From Octopus bimaculoides (taxonomy: Eukaryota), in assembly GCF_001194135.2 (NCBI RefSeq), contig NC_068988.1, forward strand, positions 5,681,086 through 5,734,684: 53,599 nt of DNA. Direction: 5' to 3'. The notes under the pieces were generated by a model. The model was not told the DNA's origin and searched no databases. It was given only the letters and a program-made list of their open reading frames with translations. Made by a program: the position numbers and the translations under genes. Position 1 is the first letter of the stretch. Every line of letters begins with the position of its first letter. This document shows positions 51,673 through 53,599 of this stretch, piece by piece.

Positions 51673-52002
51673 CTCAGTCCCAGTAAGATAGAGACAGAGA
51701 GATCGGAAAATTGAGCGAAATATATACTGTGGACACCAAACCTAGATGGGTACAGAAAGCTGAGATTTCCGTCCAATATTTCATGTGAAATTTTTTTTTT
51801 AACAAAACCTGGAAAGATAACTGGTACGATTCTTATTTGTGGAATAAGATTCCTGATCATAGAAAGCCAAAAAAAGACGCAATAATTTGTGTAGACGCTT
51901 TAACGAATCTATTAATTCATTGTCTTTCATGATGTCACAGGTAATATAAATACACACGGATAAGCAGTTGATAGAACTATATAAATTTATTATATAACTT
52001 AC

Positions 52003-52956
52003 TGATTTGTTTAAATGTACTCCCATCCAAACCGTTGTAATAAAATGAGTAAGGCAATTAGATAACTGATATGCAACATAGAAGTATATATACGATATAT
52101 TTTTAAAGGAACCATTTATAATTCCGTAAGTTGCACTGCAACAGCCAAAAATACTACCAATTACGATAAGTCCACCCACCAGCTGAAACGAGTCATTCAC
52201 TAATTTCACTGTTGTACTCAGAGTGAAATGTGTGTTAAATATTTCTGTAATTTCATTGTATTTCTTAAAGAAATACGAAGAGTCTGATTGCTTTTCTTCT
52301 ACGTATCTCTGAGCTTCTTTCGCTATTTTGTTAAACTCATAAACTAGTGCAGTACCAATTGCACAGTTCATATAGAAATCAAGTGTAAACAATGTAATTG
52401 ATATGCAATTACATAAAACCTGAATTGTTAACATCGGCCATTTATATGGATTACTAACTGAAACAGGATATGTTAACCAACTCACAAAATTGTCATTGAA
52501 ATACGAAATTAAATGAACGATGATAAAGTAAATTGTAAATCTCAAGAATATAACAACACCTAGTAACTTATATGAATATATTGATGCTGAATTGTAGAAT
52601 TGTTTATCTTCTTCTTGAAATTTAATTTTGTCAAAAGCTTCAATTAGTTCTTCAGCTTTAAAGTTTTTGAAGAATTTTACAGCGCAATTCAGTGTGAGAA
52701 AACAATGAGAAAATATGAAATAAGTATACACAAATATTTCATCAGGTGTCCTATCTCTCAGGTGTATTAAAATAGCAAGATCGAAAATGGGTTTTCCAAT
52801 CAAATATAGAAAATACACTGCATAAAACGCCTGCAAACATATTCTGCTAAATTTCAGCGATTTCAGAGATGCGATATTCATAAATAATAACCTGATGTCA
52901 TTAATTTTCTGGTACAGTTCCATCATTTTAAAGAATCGTGTTTCTTTTAGTTGCAT
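52003..52956 (-). CDS. GRL/7TMIC-like receptor cassette 9: large coding exon (318 codons)
   Basis: ATG at 52956 (MQLKETRFFKM); family motifs; donor TCA|GTAAGT at 52002. Confidence 0.82.
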
Positions 52957-53537
52957 TTTTTTTGTCCTGTTCTGTTGTGTGTAATTACAACTTCTTCAAT
53001 AGCTGCTTCAAAGTCAACAGTTAAAAACCAACAAGCTGTTTGTCACTTTTCTAGATGTTCAAATCTTCTCTTCTAATGCTCTGTACTGCTTCATGCTCGT
53101 AACTGTATATGACTGGTTGTTTGAGACTGTTAGATGTACAATAAGTAGAAAATCAATATTATTCTGATATCAATTAGTTTGCATTATATCAAGCATTGTT
53201 TCAAAACGGACATGAGAAGGTAATTAAGCTCGTATTAGATCTGCCTTTTAAAAGAGCATTGATATTTCTTTCGTGTCGTACGGTTTCTCTGTACTTAGAT
53301 ATTATTTTAAATTACTTCTTATCGATGTTGTATAAGTATCAAAAAATCTGCTAAGCTTAAAAGAGCTCATGCAACAAGATGAGCGTCTAATAACTGAAAC
53401 TATTAAGAGAATAAAATGAAAGCTTTTTAAGACATATTGGGATTAGAAACTATAAATTAAAAGAACGTTTACGCATACACGAAATGGGATACTAATATGA
53501 ATATTTATATATAAGTACATATATGCCTACGTGCACA

Positions 53538-53599
<62 letters not shown>

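Overview
AT-rich, microsatellite-dense animal genomic DNA with several N-gaps. The SINE and microsatellite landscape suggests an octopus/coleoid cephalopod (inference). The main content is a minus-strand tandem array of paralogous ~950-nt coding exons: seven intact (2503-3453, 11844-12797, 18734-19690, 27338-28291, 33787-34731, 39042-39995, 52003-52956), one SINE-truncated (46035-46961), one internally deleted (44341-44596) and one 5' relic (~36399-36960). Each intact exon encodes 315-319 aa with six hydrophobic helices. Their spacing and motifs (..D.Y....L.YEF, H..L.....N, TYG.IN, W.G..LN.S) resemble TM1-TM6 of gustatory-receptor-like / 7TM ion-channel (GRL, 7tm_7) proteins. Every intact copy ends at the same phase-0 splice donor (TCR|GTRAGT). 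I found no TM7 exon between copies, including in nearly gap-free spacers, while several copies carry their own TATA/Inr + short leader exon module. Working hypothesis: a promoter-choice 'variable exon' chemoreceptor locus spliced to shared C-terminal exon(s) beyond coordinate 1, in a gap, or missed by eye. The rest is five decayed mariner transposons, R4/Dong-, RTE-, CR1- and Penelope-like retroelement fragments, many tRNA-derived SINEs, foldback MITEs/hairpins and microsatellites. All analysis is by eye; no database search was run.
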